A stretch of 64,000 nucleotides of DNA, taken from the NCBI GenBank assembly GCA_934168365.1, contig CAKPNJ010000003.1, positions 31,055-95,054 on the forward strand, written 5' to 3'. This document shows, piece by piece, positions 28,773-39,201 of this stretch. The notes beneath the pieces are model-generated. The model was not told the origin of the DNA. It did not search any database and worked only from the letters and a program-made list of their open reading frames with translations. This DNA is from an uncultured Clostridia bacterium. GTDB taxonomy: Bacteria > Bacillota > Clostridia > TANB77 > CAG-508. The position numbers and the translations under genes are program-made. Position 1 is the first letter of the stretch. Each line of letters opens with the position of its first letter.

Positions 28773-28835
28773 TATGGAAAGATTGAATTACAGAGTTAAT
28801 CTGTTCAATATATAATAATTTTAGGAGGATTTAAA

Positions 28836-30029
28836 ATGAAAGTTTTAGTAGTAAACTGTGGAAGTTCGTCAATTAAATATCAATTGATAAACATGGAAAA
28901 TGAAAGCGTTATGGCAAAAGGATATTTGGAGAAAATTGGATTACCAGATTCATTTTTAACACATACTGTAAATGGTGAAAAACGTAAAATTGAAGAGCCT
29001 ATAAACAATCATGAAGAAGGAATAAAATTAGTGTTAGCTCAATTAACACACCCAGAATATGGTGTAATTAGTAGTTTAGATGAAATTGGAGCTGTTGGAC
29101 ACAGAGTTGTTCACGGTGGAGAAAAATTCAGTTCTTCTGTTTTAATAGATGATGCTGTTATGGAAGCAATGAAAGAATGTATTCCACTAGCACCTTTACA
29201 TAATCCAGCTGGAATTACAGGAATTGAAGCTTGTAAAAAAGTACTACCAAATGTTCCAATGGTTGGAGTATTTGATACAGCCTTCCATCAAACATTACCA
29301 GAAAAAGCATATATCTATGCTATTCCTTATGAATATTATGAGAAATATGGAATAAGAAAATATGGATTCCACGGAACATCTCATAGATTTGTATCAAAAA
29401 GAGTAGCTGAAGTTATGAATAAACCAATTGAAGATTTAAAAATTATAACATGTCACTTGGGCCAAGGTGCAAGTTTATGCGCTGTTGACGGTGGAAAATC
29501 AGTTGATACTTCAATGGGATTAACACCTTTAGCAGGAATTCCTATGGGAACTAGATCAGGAGATATTGATCCATCAATAGTAACATTTTTAATGAACAAA
29601 GAAAATTTAACACCAGACCAAATGGATAATATACTAAACAAAAAATCAGGTAAATTAGGAGTTTCAGGAGTTAGCTTTGATGATAGAGATATCGAAAAAG
29701 CTATAGCAGAAGGAAACGAAAGAGCAAAACTTGCAATAGATACATTTGTATATCAAGTAATTGGATATATTGGTAGATTTGCTGCTCAAATGAATGGTGT
29801 AGACGCTATTACATTTGCTGGTGGTGTTGGAGAAAACGGAATTGATGTAAGAAAACAAATATGTGAATCACTTTCTTTCTTAGGCGTGAAAATCGACGAA
29901 GAGAAAAACAATTGCAGAGGTAAAGAAGTTGAAATTTCAACACCAGACTCTAATGTAAAAGTATTTGTTATTCCAACAGACGAAGAATTAACAATAGCAA
30001 GAGATACTATGGAAATAGTAAATAAATAA
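28836..30029 (+). CDS. ackA: Acetate kinase (copy 1).
   Basis: [17 protein letters not shown] and the full acetate/propionate kinase signature. Confidence 0.9.
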   Translation: MKVLVVNCGSSSIKYQLINMENESVMAKGYLEKIGLPDSFLTHTVNGEKRKIEEPINNHEEGIKLVLAQLTHPEYGVISSLDEIGAVGHRVVHGGEKFSSSVLIDDAVMEAMKECIPLAPLHNPAGITGIEACKKVLPNVPMVGVFDTAFHQTLPEKAYIYAIPYEYYEKYGIRKYGFHGTSHRFVSKRVAEVMNKPIEDLKIITCHLGQGASLCAVDGGKSVDTSMGLTPLAGIPMGTRSGDIDPSIVTFLMNKENLTPDQMDNILNKKSGKLGVSGVSFDDRDIEKAIAEGNERAKLAIDTFVYQVIGYIGRFAAQMNGVDAITFAGGVGENGIDVRKQICESLSFLGVKIDEEKNNCRGKEVEISTPDSNVKVFVIPTDEELTIARDTMEIVNK

Positions 30030-30040
30030 TTAAAAGAGGA

Positions 30041-31240
30041 TTGAAAATGAAAGTATTAGTATTAAATTGTGGAAGCTCATCAATTAAATATCAATTGATT
30101 GATATGGAAAATGAAAATTTGATGGCAAAAGGATATTTAGAGAAAATTGGATTGCCAGATTCTTTCTTAACACATACTGTAAATGGTGAAAAGCATAAAA
30201 TTGAACAAGTTATAGAAAACCATGAAGAAGGAATTAAATTAGTATTATCTCAATTAACACATCCAGAATATGGCGTAATTAAAAGCTTTGATGAAATCGG
30301 AGCTATTGGCCATAGATTAGCTCACGGAGGAGATAAAATTAGTGAGCCAACTTTAATAGACGAAAATGTTATAAATGTATTAAAGGAATTTACACCTTTA
30401 GCACCTTTACATAACCCTGCTGAAATAGTAGGAGTAGAAGCTTGTAAAAAAGTATTACCAGATGTTCCAATGGTTGGAGTATTTGATACAGCTTTTAATC
30501 AAACTATTCCTGAAAAAGCATATATGTATGCAATCCCATATGAATATTATGAAAAATATGGAATAAGAAAATATGGTTTCCACGGAACATCATATAAATT
30601 TGTTTCAAAAAGAGTAGCTGAAATTATGGATAAACCTTTAGAAGATTTAAAAATTGTTTCATGTCACCTTGGTCAAGGAGCAAGTGTATGTGCAATAAAT
30701 GGAGGAAAAGCAGTAGATAACTCATTAGGATTTACTTCTTTAGCAGGTCTTCCTATGGGAACAAGATGTGGAGATATTGATCCATCAATAGTAACTTTCT
30801 TAATGAAAAAAGAAAATTTAACTACAGAACAAATGGATAAAATATTAAATAAACAATCTGGTAAATTAGGAATTTCAGGGGTTAGCTTTGATGACAGAGA
30901 TATTGAAGTTGCTGCAGAAGAAGGAAATGCAAGAGCAAAACTTGCAATAGATGTTTTTGTATATCAAGTAGTTGGATATATTGGTAGATTTGCAGCTCAA
31001 ATGAATGGTGTAGATGTTATTACATTTGCTGGTGGAATTGGAGAAAATGCAATAGATGTAAGAAAACAAATATGTGAATCACTTTCTTTCTTAGGAGTAA
31101 AAGTTGATGAAGATAGAAATAATTGCAGAGGAAAAGAAATTGAAATTTCAACATCTGATTCTAAAGTAAAAGTATTTGTAGTACCAACAAATGAGGAGCT
31201 AATGATAGCAAGAGACACTATGGAAGTAGTTAGTAAATAA
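30041..31240 (+). CDS. Acetate/propionate kinase paralog (copy 2), by eye roughly 75-80% identical to copy 1.
   Basis: [17 protein letters not shown]. Tandem duplicate of the upstream gene. Confidence 0.85.
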   Translation: MKMKVLVLNCGSSSIKYQLIDMENENLMAKGYLEKIGLPDSFLTHTVNGEKHKIEQVIENHEEGIKLVLSQLTHPEYGVIKSFDEIGAIGHRLAHGGDKISEPTLIDENVINVLKEFTPLAPLHNPAEIVGVEACKKVLPDVPMVGVFDTAFNQTIPEKAYMYAIPYEYYEKYGIRKYGFHGTSYKFVSKRVAEIMDKPLEDLKIVSCHLGQGASVCAINGGKAVDNSLGFTSLAGLPMGTRCGDIDPSIVTFLMKKENLTTEQMDKILNKQSGKLGISGVSFDDRDIEVAAEEGNARAKLAIDVFVYQVVGYIGRFAAQMNGVDVITFAGGIGENAIDVRKQICESLSFLGVKVDEDRNNCRGKEIEISTSDSKVKVFVVPTNEELMIARDTMEVVSK

Positions 31241-31246
31241 AATTTT

Positions 31247-31277
31247 GAAGGGTTTCGAAAAGAAACCCTTTTTTCTA
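31247..31277 (+). terminator. Rho-independent terminator after the ack genes.
   Basis: gaagggtttc gaaaa gaaacccttttttc. Confidence 0.65.
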
Positions 31278-31330
31278 CTTGTATAACTTAAAATTTAATG
31301 ATATTATATATGCGAAGGGAGATTTAGCAA

Positions 31331-32305
31331 ATGATAGACTTAAAAGAAAATCCAACATTTTTAAATTCATTTTTGGAATATCTAACAGGTATTTTAAATA
31401 AATCTGTTAACACAGTAAAAGAATATAACTATGATTTAGCTCATTTTCTAAAGTTCATATCTCATCATTTTGGCTTATCTTCTGAAGAAAACATAAAAGA
31501 GATAGATATTCATGATATGAGTATAGAAACGGTTAAGCAGATTAAATTAGAAGATATACATGCATTTTTATATTATTTAACAGAAACATACCACAGTAAA
31601 GCTGCCACACGTGCAAGAAAAGCCGCAAGTATTAGAATGTTTTTTAGTTATTTAACTCAAAAGGCTCACTTATTAGAAGTGAATCCTGCGCAAGGACTTG
31701 AAACACCTAAGCTAGACAAAAGGCTTCCTAAATATCTAACTTTAGAACAAAGTAAGGAACTACTAGAAGTTACAAAGGCAGAATCCGGAGATTTTAAAGA
31801 AAGAGATTATGCGATAATTACTTTATTCTTAAATTGTGGAATGCGTTTATCAGAGTTAGTGAATATAAATATAAAAGATATAAATTTTTATGATAATAAA
31901 TTAAATGTAGTGGGCAAGGGAAATAAAGAAAGAACTATTTACTTAAACAAAGCTTGTATTGACGCCATAAACTCATACTTGGCTGTAAGACCACATGATG
32001 GCGTAAAATTTGATTCTAGAGATGCTCTATTTTTAAGCAAAAGAAAAGAACGAATCAGTAACAGAATGGTCCAAGAAATAGTAAAAAGAGAATTGGCAAA
32101 GGCAGGACTAGATATAAATAAATACTCTGTTCACAAATTAAGACACACTGCCGCAACCTTAATGTATCAGTATGGTGATGTAGATATTAGAGCTTTGCAA
32201 GTGTTATTAGGACATGAAAGTATATCTACTACTGAAATATATACACATGTAGAGAATAAACAAGTAAAAAATGCTGTTGAAAGCAACCCTTTAGCAAATG
32301 AATGA
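31331..32305 (+). CDS. Tyrosine site-specific recombinase, XerC/XerD-like.
   Basis: C-terminal catalytic motif HKLRHTAATLMYQYGDVDIRALQVLLGHESISTTEIYTHV with the R...H-R-Y residues. Confidence 0.8.
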   Translation: MIDLKENPTFLNSFLEYLTGILNKSVNTVKEYNYDLAHFLKFISHHFGLSSEENIKEIDIHDMSIETVKQIKLEDIHAFLYYLTETYHSKAATRARKAASIRMFFSYLTQKAHLLEVNPAQGLETPKLDKRLPKYLTLEQSKELLEVTKAESGDFKERDYAIITLFLNCGMRLSELVNINIKDINFYDNKLNVVGKGNKERTIYLNKACIDAINSYLAVRPHDGVKFDSRDALFLSKRKERISNRMVQEIVKRELAKAGLDINKYSVHKLRHTAATLMYQYGDVDIRALQVLLGHESISTTEIYTHVENKQVKNAVESNPLANE

Positions 32306-33176
32306 AATGGAGAAATATAATATGGAAAAAGAAGTAGAAGTTAAAGAGAAAAAACACATAAAAATAGCAGGAATTACACTTTGGAGAATTGTTGCATACT
32401 TTATAATTTATAGTGTAGTAGGATTTATTATAGAAACAATATTTGGAGTATTAACTAAAGGTGTACTCGAAAGTAGAAAGAGCTTTTTGTACGGCCCTTT
32501 TTGCAGTATATATGGACTTGGTGCAGTTCTAATGATATTGCCTTTACAAAGATTTAAGAAGAATAACTATACTTTATTCGCAGCAGGTTTTGTAATAGGT
32601 TCTATTATTGAATATCTTGTAAGTCTAATAGGAGAGCTAATATTTCACATTAAATGGTGGGATTATTCAGATCAGATACTAAATTTAAATGGAAGAATTT
32701 GTGTACTATTTTCACTATTCTGGGGATTACTTGCAATATATTTAATGTCAGATATTAACAAAAGAGTAGACAAACTAATAGACTTCCTAAAGAAAAAAAT
32801 ATCAATGGGAATTTTAAAAACTATAGTTGTGCTTGTTAGTATATTCCTTGCATTTGACCTAGGAATTACAGCTTATGCTTTACAAATGTTTACTATAAGA
32901 ATAGTACATGACAACAACTTAAATGTTGCAAATAAACAATATATTGATGAGCAATATGAAAAAATATATGTTAAAGATACTAAACAAAAAGAATTTATTT
33001 TGAAGTATTTTAACGATGAAAAAATGATAAAAACATTTCCAAATATAAAAATAGAAGATGTGGATGGAAATATATTATTTTATAGAAAATATGTTAAGGA
33101 CATAAAGCCATACTATTATAATTTTAGGTCAAACTCACATTTAAAACTAAGATACCTTGAAGAAGTAGATTACTAG
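32298..33176 (+). CDS. Membrane protein of the putative ABC-transporter type IV / DUF1113 family.
   Basis: Multiple transmembrane segments and a WWDYS motif. The start overlaps the recombinase stop; Met9 (32322) may be the true start. Confidence 0.45.
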   Translation: MNEMEKYNMEKEVEVKEKKHIKIAGITLWRIVAYFIIYSVVGFIIETIFGVLTKGVLESRKSFLYGPFCSIYGLGAVLMILPLQRFKKNNYTLFAAGFVIGSIIEYLVSLIGELIFHIKWWDYSDQILNLNGRICVLFSLFWGLLAIYLMSDINKRVDKLIDFLKKKISMGILKTIVVLVSIFLAFDLGITAYALQMFTIRIVHDNNLNVANKQYIDEQYEKIYVKDTKQKEFILKYFNDEKMIKTFPNIKIEDVDGNILFYRKYVKDIKPYYYNFRSNSHLKLRYLEEVDY

Positions 33177-33256
33177 AATTTCTTTACTATTAAGCTTTTT
33201 CGTGATATAATAAGTCTACATTCTAAATAGAATGAATAATTTAAGGAGGCTGCTTT

Positions 33257-33652
33257 ATGAAACGGGTAAATCTTGTAGGAGAGTACAGCTCAGAGATGAC
33301 ATTACCTTGCGAGATGGAGGATGTTGACATTTGTTCAAAAATGGCTTACATCGACAAACCATATGCTGATCTTTGGTATTCGACATTAAAAGTGCGAAAG
33401 GTAAGAGTAGGTTGGCCATCAATTGTGACTTATCGGACCATCGAAAGATGGCAATTAGTACAAAATCAGAAGGGAGAAATGGTGTTATTTTACAGAGAAC
33501 ATCGAACCCCTATGCTCTTACCTCAAATCTATGTGGTACGGTATGATGAGGATAAAGGATATTTTCTGAAGAATATATCCACCAAATATCGTAAGTTGGA
33601 AAGACTTAAAAAATTCTATGAGGCAACTACACGTTTTGACCTTAATTCCTAA
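33257..33652 (+). CDS. Hypothetical 131-aa protein. Noticeably higher GC than its neighbours, suggesting acquisition from elsewhere.
   Basis: ORF with AAGGAGG RBS. Followed by the terminator at 33666-33701. Confidence 0.45.
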   Translation: MKRVNLVGEYSSEMTLPCEMEDVDICSKMAYIDKPYADLWYSTLKVRKVRVGWPSIVTYRTIERWQLVQNQKGEMVLFYREHRTPMLLPQIYVVRYDEDKGYFLKNISTKYRKLERLKKFYEATTRFDLNS

Positions 33653-33665
33653 AGCACAAACTCAA

Positions 33666-33701
33666 CAAGGCACCAAATATTGGTGTCTTGTTATTTTTTA
33701 T
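33666..33701 (+). terminator. Rho-independent terminator.
   Basis: caaggcaccaa atat tggtgtcttg plus T-run. Confidence 0.55.
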
Positions 33702-34615
33702 CTTCTATAGAAATATTTCCAGTTTTGTTACTGGGAAAAAATGGGAGGGTAGGAGAGAGGAACAGTCAAAATCATAAATATTGAAATATAAAATTTGTAT
33801 AAACTTTTGGTTAAATTAAAATTTTAAAATTTTGTGCAAAGTTTTAAATTTATAAAAATTTTAAATTTACGAGCAAAAATTCTAAACATTTATAATTGAT
33901 AAATTTTAATAATAAAATTTTTGTTTATAATTTATAAATAACTAAAATTTATTATACTAACTATATAAAATATTTTAATTATTTGACCTGTTAAAATTTT
34001 TTAATATTAAAGATAATAAATTTCGTCTGATAATCATATAGAATTTTATATGATTGATGCAAAATATCGATTTTTATTGATTTTTATAAAGTCACCAAAA
34101 AGTGGTAAAAAAACGACTCTCTAAAATCGATTTTAAGGCGTTTTTATTTTTTAGACATATAACTTGTTATCTAAAAAATAGCTTAGTATTGAAAATATAA
34201 ACAGCAATCAAATGCTTATAAAAAAATTATATAATTTAGATAAAAATATATAATAATAAAATATTTGAAATAAAATTTATATGAATAAAAATTTAAAAAG
34301 GCTTAGAATTGATTTTAGAAGGTCAAAAATAAGTGAGTAATAGGATAAGATTATAAATATAATAATTAGATTGAATATAAAGTAATAAACTATAGGCATA
34401 TATACTATATAAGCCAGATAATAGCTAAAAGTAGTAGGAGAGGAGCTATATAAGGTATATAGGCAAATTTACCTCCACCCAATTGCGCAAAACTTTGATT
34501 TTGCGCAATTGGTGTAATATAATTTAAAGTAGTATTTCTTAACACTACCCTCTTTTCAATCATTATTCAATTTATTAAATCCTTATTTGTATTTTTGTTT
34601 AGGTTTTTCTAATAA

Positions 34616-34642
34616 AGAGTAGCTTTAAAACTACTCTTTAAT
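34616..34642 (-). terminator. Hairpin immediately downstream of the PP2C-like gene.
   Basis: aaagagtag ctttaaaa ctactcttt. Confidence 0.4.
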
Positions 34643-34658
34643 TGTATGTTATATTAAA

Positions 34659-35519
34659 TTATAAAACCTTAATTGCTGTAATATCGTCACAATCTTTAAA
34701 TCTATTTTGATATTTTTCCCAATTTTTATCTTCTAACAATTTTCTTTTTATTTCTTTTGCATAATATTCAATATTATTATCTGAAATATTATGCATAAAT
34801 TTTTCTTTTGTCATACCAAGTACATCTATATCAAATCCATCTGTACATACAAAAACTTTTTCAAGTTCATTTAATTTGTATTTTCTTTGATATGCATATG
34901 AAACTACTGAAGAATCATTACTCGCTATATAATATCCACCAACTTTGTTTTTTAATTGTCTATTCTCTCTTAACAGTTCTATTACTTCTGGTTTATTTCT
35001 TGCTTCTTTTATTGTGATATCTTCAACAATTGATATATCTTTCATCAATTTCCATACATTGTTATCTAATTTATGTAAATTACAATCTCTTATTTCTTCA
35101 ACAGTATCATTACTTTTACGTTTGATTAAGATAATTGAATCACCTAAAGAGAAAAGTTCTAAAAACTCTCCCCTTTTCCTTGAAATAACCAAGCTTGAAG
35201 ATGGTACTTCATAAGGTTTCAACCTTATTCCTAGTTCTTCTTCTTTTGCTTCAATTCTTTCTTTCATATACTCTATAGCAGATTTAACCGTCTCTTCTAA
35301 TTCTATATTTTCTTGATTTACCAATTTAGACTTTAAATATTGAAGTAATTCAGCTACATACCATTCAGCAGAAGTTTTATATACATCTAATTCATTATCT
35401 CCTAAACCTGTCGCTCCATCCATAAGTATGGTGATATTTTCATCCGTATAAAATATATCTTCATTTACTAAATGTCCATTTCTTTTATCTTTCTTTTCTC
35501 CTGAAAGTGAAATTACCAT
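34659..35519 (-). CDS. PP2C-family Ser/Thr protein phosphatase-like protein, possibly degenerate. Likely co-transcribed with rho.
   Basis: NEDIFYT...ILMDGATGLG and FVCTDGFDIDVL resemble PP2C motifs 1-2 and the C-terminal DG motif. The canonical GG pair of motif 2 is not conserved. Confidence 0.5.
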   Translation of the reverse strand: MVISLSGEKKDKRNGHLVNEDIFYTDENITILMDGATGLGDNELDVYKTSAEWYVAELLQYLKSKLVNQENIELEETVKSAIEYMKERIEAKEEELGIRLKPYEVPSSSLVISRKRGEFLELFSLGDSIILIKRKSNDTVEEIRDCNLHKLDNNVWKLMKDISIVEDITIKEARNKPEVIELLRENRQLKNKVGGYYIASNDSSVVSYAYQRKYKLNELEKVFVCTDGFDIDVLGMTKEKFMHNISDNNIEYYAKEIKRKLLEDKNWEKYQNRFKDCDDITAIKVL

Positions 35520-35560
35520 ATTTTATTCTTCCTTTATTATTTCCTTTATTATTTCGTTTA

Positions 35561-36913
35561 TTATTTTGCATTTTTCAAGAAGTATGACATTTTATCTAAA
35601 AATTCATTGTTATTCTTTGTTGAAACCATTTGTGTAATTAATTCTTCAGTAACATCTGCAACAGACATTGTTGACATTGCTTTTCTTAATGCAAATACTG
35701 TTTCTAATTCTTTTGGAGTTAATAATAGTTCTTCTCTTCTTGTTCCAGATTTGTTTATATCAATTGCTGGGAAGATTCTCTTTTCTGATAATTTTCTATC
35801 TAAGTGAACTTCCATATTACCAGTACCTTTAAATTCCTCAAATATAACATCATCCATTCTACTGCCTGTTTCTATTAAAGCTGTAGCTAAAATTGTTAAA
35901 CTTCCCCCATTTTCTATATTTCTAGCTGCACCAAAGAATTTTTTGGGTTTATGTAATGCACTTGGATCTAAACCACCAGATAATGTTCTTCCTGAAGATG
36001 GTATAGATAAGTTATATGCTCTTGCTAAACGAGTAATACTATCTAATAATATAACTACATCTTTCTTTTGCTCTGTTAATCTTTTAGCTCTTTCTAGTAC
36101 CATTTCTGCTACCTTAACATGATGTTCAGGTAACTCATCAAAAGTAGAATATATAACATCTCCTTTAATGCTACGTCTCATGTCTGTAACCTCTTCTGGA
36201 CGCTCATCTATTAAAAGCACTATCAATTCTATTTCTGGATTATTTGTTGTAATGCTGTTTGCAATTTTCTTTAATAATGTAGTTTTTCCAACTTTAGGTG
36301 GAGCAACTATCATTCCTCTTTGACCTTTTCCAATTGGTGACATTAAGTCAATAATTCTCATTGCATATTCATTTGGAACTGTTTCTAATCTGATTCTTTC
36401 GTCTGGATAAATAGGGGTCAAATCATCAAATTTTTGCCTTCTATATGCTTTTTCTGGAGATTCTCCATTAACTTCACCAACATAAATTAGTGCTGGAAAT
36501 TTTTCCCCTTCTTTTGGTAATCTTGCAATACCCTTTACTTTGTCACCTTTATCTAGTTTAAATCTTCTAATTTGTATAGGTGATATATATACATCTTTTG
36601 GAGTTGATAAATAATTTTCTCCTCTCAAAAATCCATATCCATCAGGTAATACTTCTAATATTCCTTCAACAATTTGGTCATCTGCATTTGTTAATTTATA
36701 TGTTCCATTTGAAGGTTCAGCAAGAGGGCTTGTAGTTACATCTGTCGCAACATAACTTCCATCATATTCAATTTCATCTTTTTCAACTGCTTTGTTGTCT
36801 AGTTTTAATAATTCCTCAATAATTTCTTCTTTTTTTAATTTTGAAGTGTTTTTTATTCCCTTTTCTTTTGCAAGTTGACGCAATTCAACTAGTGTATAAT
36901 TTTCTAAATCCAT
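35561..36913 (-). CDS. rho: Transcription termination factor Rho.
   Basis: N-terminal Rho_N ([13 protein letters not shown]), RNA-binding domain, Walker [19 protein letters not shown]. Confidence 0.95.
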   Translation of the reverse strand: MDLENYTLVELRQLAKEKGIKNTSKLKKEEIIEELLKLDNKAVEKDEIEYDGSYVATDVTTSPLAEPSNGTYKLTNADDQIVEGILEVLPDGYGFLRGENYLSTPKDVYISPIQIRRFKLDKGDKVKGIARLPKEGEKFPALIYVGEVNGESPEKAYRRQKFDDLTPIYPDERIRLETVPNEYAMRIIDLMSPIGKGQRGMIVAPPKVGKTTLLKKIANSITTNNPEIELIVLLIDERPEEVTDMRRSIKGDVIYSTFDELPEHHVKVAEMVLERAKRLTEQKKDVVILLDSITRLARAYNLSIPSSGRTLSGGLDPSALHKPKKFFGAARNIENGGSLTILATALIETGSRMDDVIFEEFKGTGNMEVHLDRKLSEKRIFPAIDINKSGTRREELLLTPKELETVFALRKAMSTMSVADVTEELITQMVSTKNNNEFLDKMSYFLKNAK

Positions 36914-37059
36914 ATAATTTCCCCCATTATTAAATTTATATAAACAGACAAATAAAGCTTGTCCGTGTTTTTTTATTTTATTTGACTAATTCTTTGGATT
37001 TTTCTAACTAGAATTAAAATTTAGATTAAAATAATTGAATAAATATAAATTGTATATAA

Positions 37060-37090
37060 TAATGAGAAAGAAAGGACTTTCTCATTATAT
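37060..37090 (-). terminator. Terminator of the yabP-yabQ-divIC transcript.
   Basis: Hairpin atgagaaag / ctttctcat just downstream of divIC. Confidence 0.4.
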
Positions 37091-37113
37091 AAGTGCATTT
37101 ATTGGCATATAAA

Positions 37114-37401
37114 TTATTTACTGATATCTATATATACTTTTTCATTTGGCAAATACATATCTAGCTTTTCTCTAGCAACTTCTTCAACATATTCTTTTGA
37201 ATTTATATTTGCTTTTGTTTCAAGTAATTGCTCCTTTTTTTCTTCTTCAGTAACAATTTGCTCTGTATATCTTTTGCTATCTGCTTTATACGCATTTAAT
37301 TCTTTTTGTTGAACAAAAAAAGTATAAACTACATAAATTAGTATAGCAATAATTATAATTCTTTTAAAATTTATTTTTTTATTTTTCATCTGTATTTTCA
37401 T
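37114..37401 (-). CDS. divIC: Septum formation initiator, FtsB/DivIC family.
   Basis: N-terminal transmembrane helix plus coiled coil, and the C-terminal EEVAREKLDMYLPNEKVY motif. Confidence 0.75.
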   Translation of the reverse strand: MKIQMKNKKINFKRIIIIAILIYVVYTFFVQQKELNAYKADSKRYTEQIVTEEEKKEQLLETKANINSKEYVEEVAREKLDMYLPNEKVYIDISK

Positions 37402-37458
37402 CCTTAATCAATTTTCATGTAATATTATAACACATTCTAATTTATTTTTCTACAAATT

Positions 37459-37944
37459 TCATAAAATTCCTTCTTTTTCTTGCAATTTAATTTTATTTTT
37501 TTGTTTTTTTTTCATAATTTTTGTTGTATTTTTAAATATTTTTTTGAAAAATGTAGATAATTTCTGTGCTAAAAATTTTATAGGTTTAATAAGTAAAAAA
37601 TTAAATATTTTTAAAATTAAGTTTACCGGATAGGATATTATCTTTTTAATAAATTTTATTATAATAACTGAATATTTTACTATATATTTACTAAGTGTAA
37701 GTATGTAAATCAATACCCCCAGTGCAATTCCAATAAATATGTAACTTCTAATTTCTCCATTATTAAATTTGAATATAGAAAATAGTGTAACGAAACCTGC
37801 CAGTATCCAAAACAAAATATCTTGCAATGTTGTTAGCCAATCAGCTGTTTTAAAACTTCTACGTAAGATTCTAAAAATATCAAATAAAACACATATAACT
37901 ATTCCTGTGACTGTAAAAGCAATTAAGCAAAGTAGTTGCTCCAT
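37459..37944 (-). CDS. yabQ: Spore cortex biosynthesis protein YabQ.
   Basis: Membrane protein carrying the DIFRILRR...DILFWILAG pattern typical of YabQ. Gene order yabP-yabQ-divIC. Confidence 0.7.
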   Translation of the reverse strand: MEQLLCLIAFTVTGIVICVLFDIFRILRRSFKTADWLTTLQDILFWILAGFVTLFSIFKFNNGEIRSYIFIGIALGVLIYILTLSKYIVKYSVIIIKFIKKIISYPVNLILKIFNFLLIKPIKFLAQKLSTFFKKIFKNTTKIMKKKQKNKIKLQEKEGIL

Positions 37945-38007
37945 TTTAAACTCATTCCTTTCAATTTGAGCTTGACGCAGTGAAAATTCTAATTATTTTA
38001 CAGTATC

Positions 38008-38319
38008 TTATTTAAATATTTTGCCTAAAAACCCTCCGCCCTTCTCCATACTATCTTTTTCACTATATGCAAGTTGATATATTGTGCCATCTATTGTCAC
38101 TTCTGATGTGTCCAAGCTTAATTTATTTATTCTTAAATTTTCTCCTTTTACTGTAAGCAAACCTAACTCAGTTTCTAAAATAACTATCTGATCATCAAAA
38201 CTAAGTACATCTAATACTCCTGTAATATTTAATTTCTCTCTATTTTCTAAAACAATATTTTGAATAACATTTGTCATACTTGACATTGATTTTCTTTCTT
38301 CTAATGGCATATCCATCAC
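38008..38319 (-). CDS. yabP: Sporulation protein YabP.
   Basis: LNITGVLDVLSFDDQIVILETELGLLTVKGENLRI matches the YabP family. Confidence 0.8.
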   Translation of the reverse strand: MMDMPLEERKSMSSMTNVIQNIVLENREKLNITGVLDVLSFDDQIVILETELGLLTVKGENLRINKLSLDTSEVTIDGTIYQLAYSEKDSMEKGGGFLGKIFK

Positions 38320-38392
38320 TCCTTAAAAACAAGTCTATTTATATATATTCAGGTCTTGTCTCATTTAGAACAAAATTAAAGGAAAGTATTTA

Positions 38393-39124
38393 TTACTTTC
38401 CTACAATTGTTCCTATTTCATCATTAAATGTATTTTTAACTATTATTTTTACACCATATTTTTTAGCTAATACTACACACCTATCATGTAAGACTTTAGC
38501 TCCATTTTTAGCCATTTCTTCCATATCATCATAAGAAATATAATCTAACTTTTTAGCATTTTTATACTTATATGGATCTTTATCATAAACACCATTTGTA
38601 TCTGTAAAAATATAGCATTCTTCCTGCTCTAAAGCAGCTGCAATTGCTATAGCTGTCGTGTCTGAACCATTTCTTCCTAATGTTGTTATATTGTTATTTT
38701 CATTTATCCCTTGAAAGCCTGTTATAACCACAACATCATTAGTTTCCAGTTCTCTCCAAACCATTTTAGGGTATATGTCTTGAATTTTAGCTTCTGTATA
38801 ATTTGAGTCAGTTACTATTCCAGTTTGCCATCCTGTTAATGAAACAGCTTTATAGCCTAAGCTATGTAATAATATTGCAAACTTGCTACACGCCATTTGT
38901 TCTCCAACAGACATTAGAACATCTAATTCTCTTTTATTTGGTTCATCTGTCAATTCTTTTGCTTCTTTTATTAAATTATCTGTTGTTTTACCTTGAGCAG
39001 ATAAAATAGCAACTACCTTTTCCCCACTTTCTAAAAATGAAATTGTCTTTTGTGCAGCTAGTTTTAACTTATTAGTATCAGCAATTGAGCTTCCTCCAAA
39101 TTTAATTACTTTCATAAGAACCAC
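38393..39124 (-). CDS. Amino-acid kinase family protein: aspartokinase-like catalytic domain only (243 aa), with no ACT regulatory domains.
   Basis: Begins with the aspartokinase signature KFGGSS. The ORF ends before where ACT domains would sit. Confidence 0.55.
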   Translation of the reverse strand: MVLMKVIKFGGSSIADTNKLKLAAQKTISFLESGEKVVAILSAQGKTTDNLIKEAKELTDEPNKRELDVLMSVGEQMACSKFAILLHSLGYKAVSLTGWQTGIVTDSNYTEAKIQDIYPKMVWRELETNDVVVITGFQGINENNNITTLGRNGSDTTAIAIAAALEQEECYIFTDTNGVYDKDPYKYKNAKKLDYISYDDMEEMAKNGAKVLHDRCVVLAKKYGVKIIVKNTFNDEIGTIVGK

Positions 39125-39201
39125 TAATCCTTATATAAAAAATACAAGCCAATTTAATTTTAAATTCGACTTGTATATAATATGTTTATTAAATTTTTTT
39201 G

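Noticed and set aside
31331-33652. Prophage or IS element
   Set aside because: Only a single tyrosine recombinase is present. There is no transposase, no terminal inverted repeats that I could pair, and no phage structural or replication genes. I keep it as a possible island remnant only.
33700-34650. CRISPR array or rRNA/tRNA genes in the 1-kb ORF-free AT-rich stretch
   Set aside because: The repeats present are short, imperfect and irregularly spaced, with no 28-37 bp repeat/spacer periodicity. No cloverleaf or rRNA signatures.
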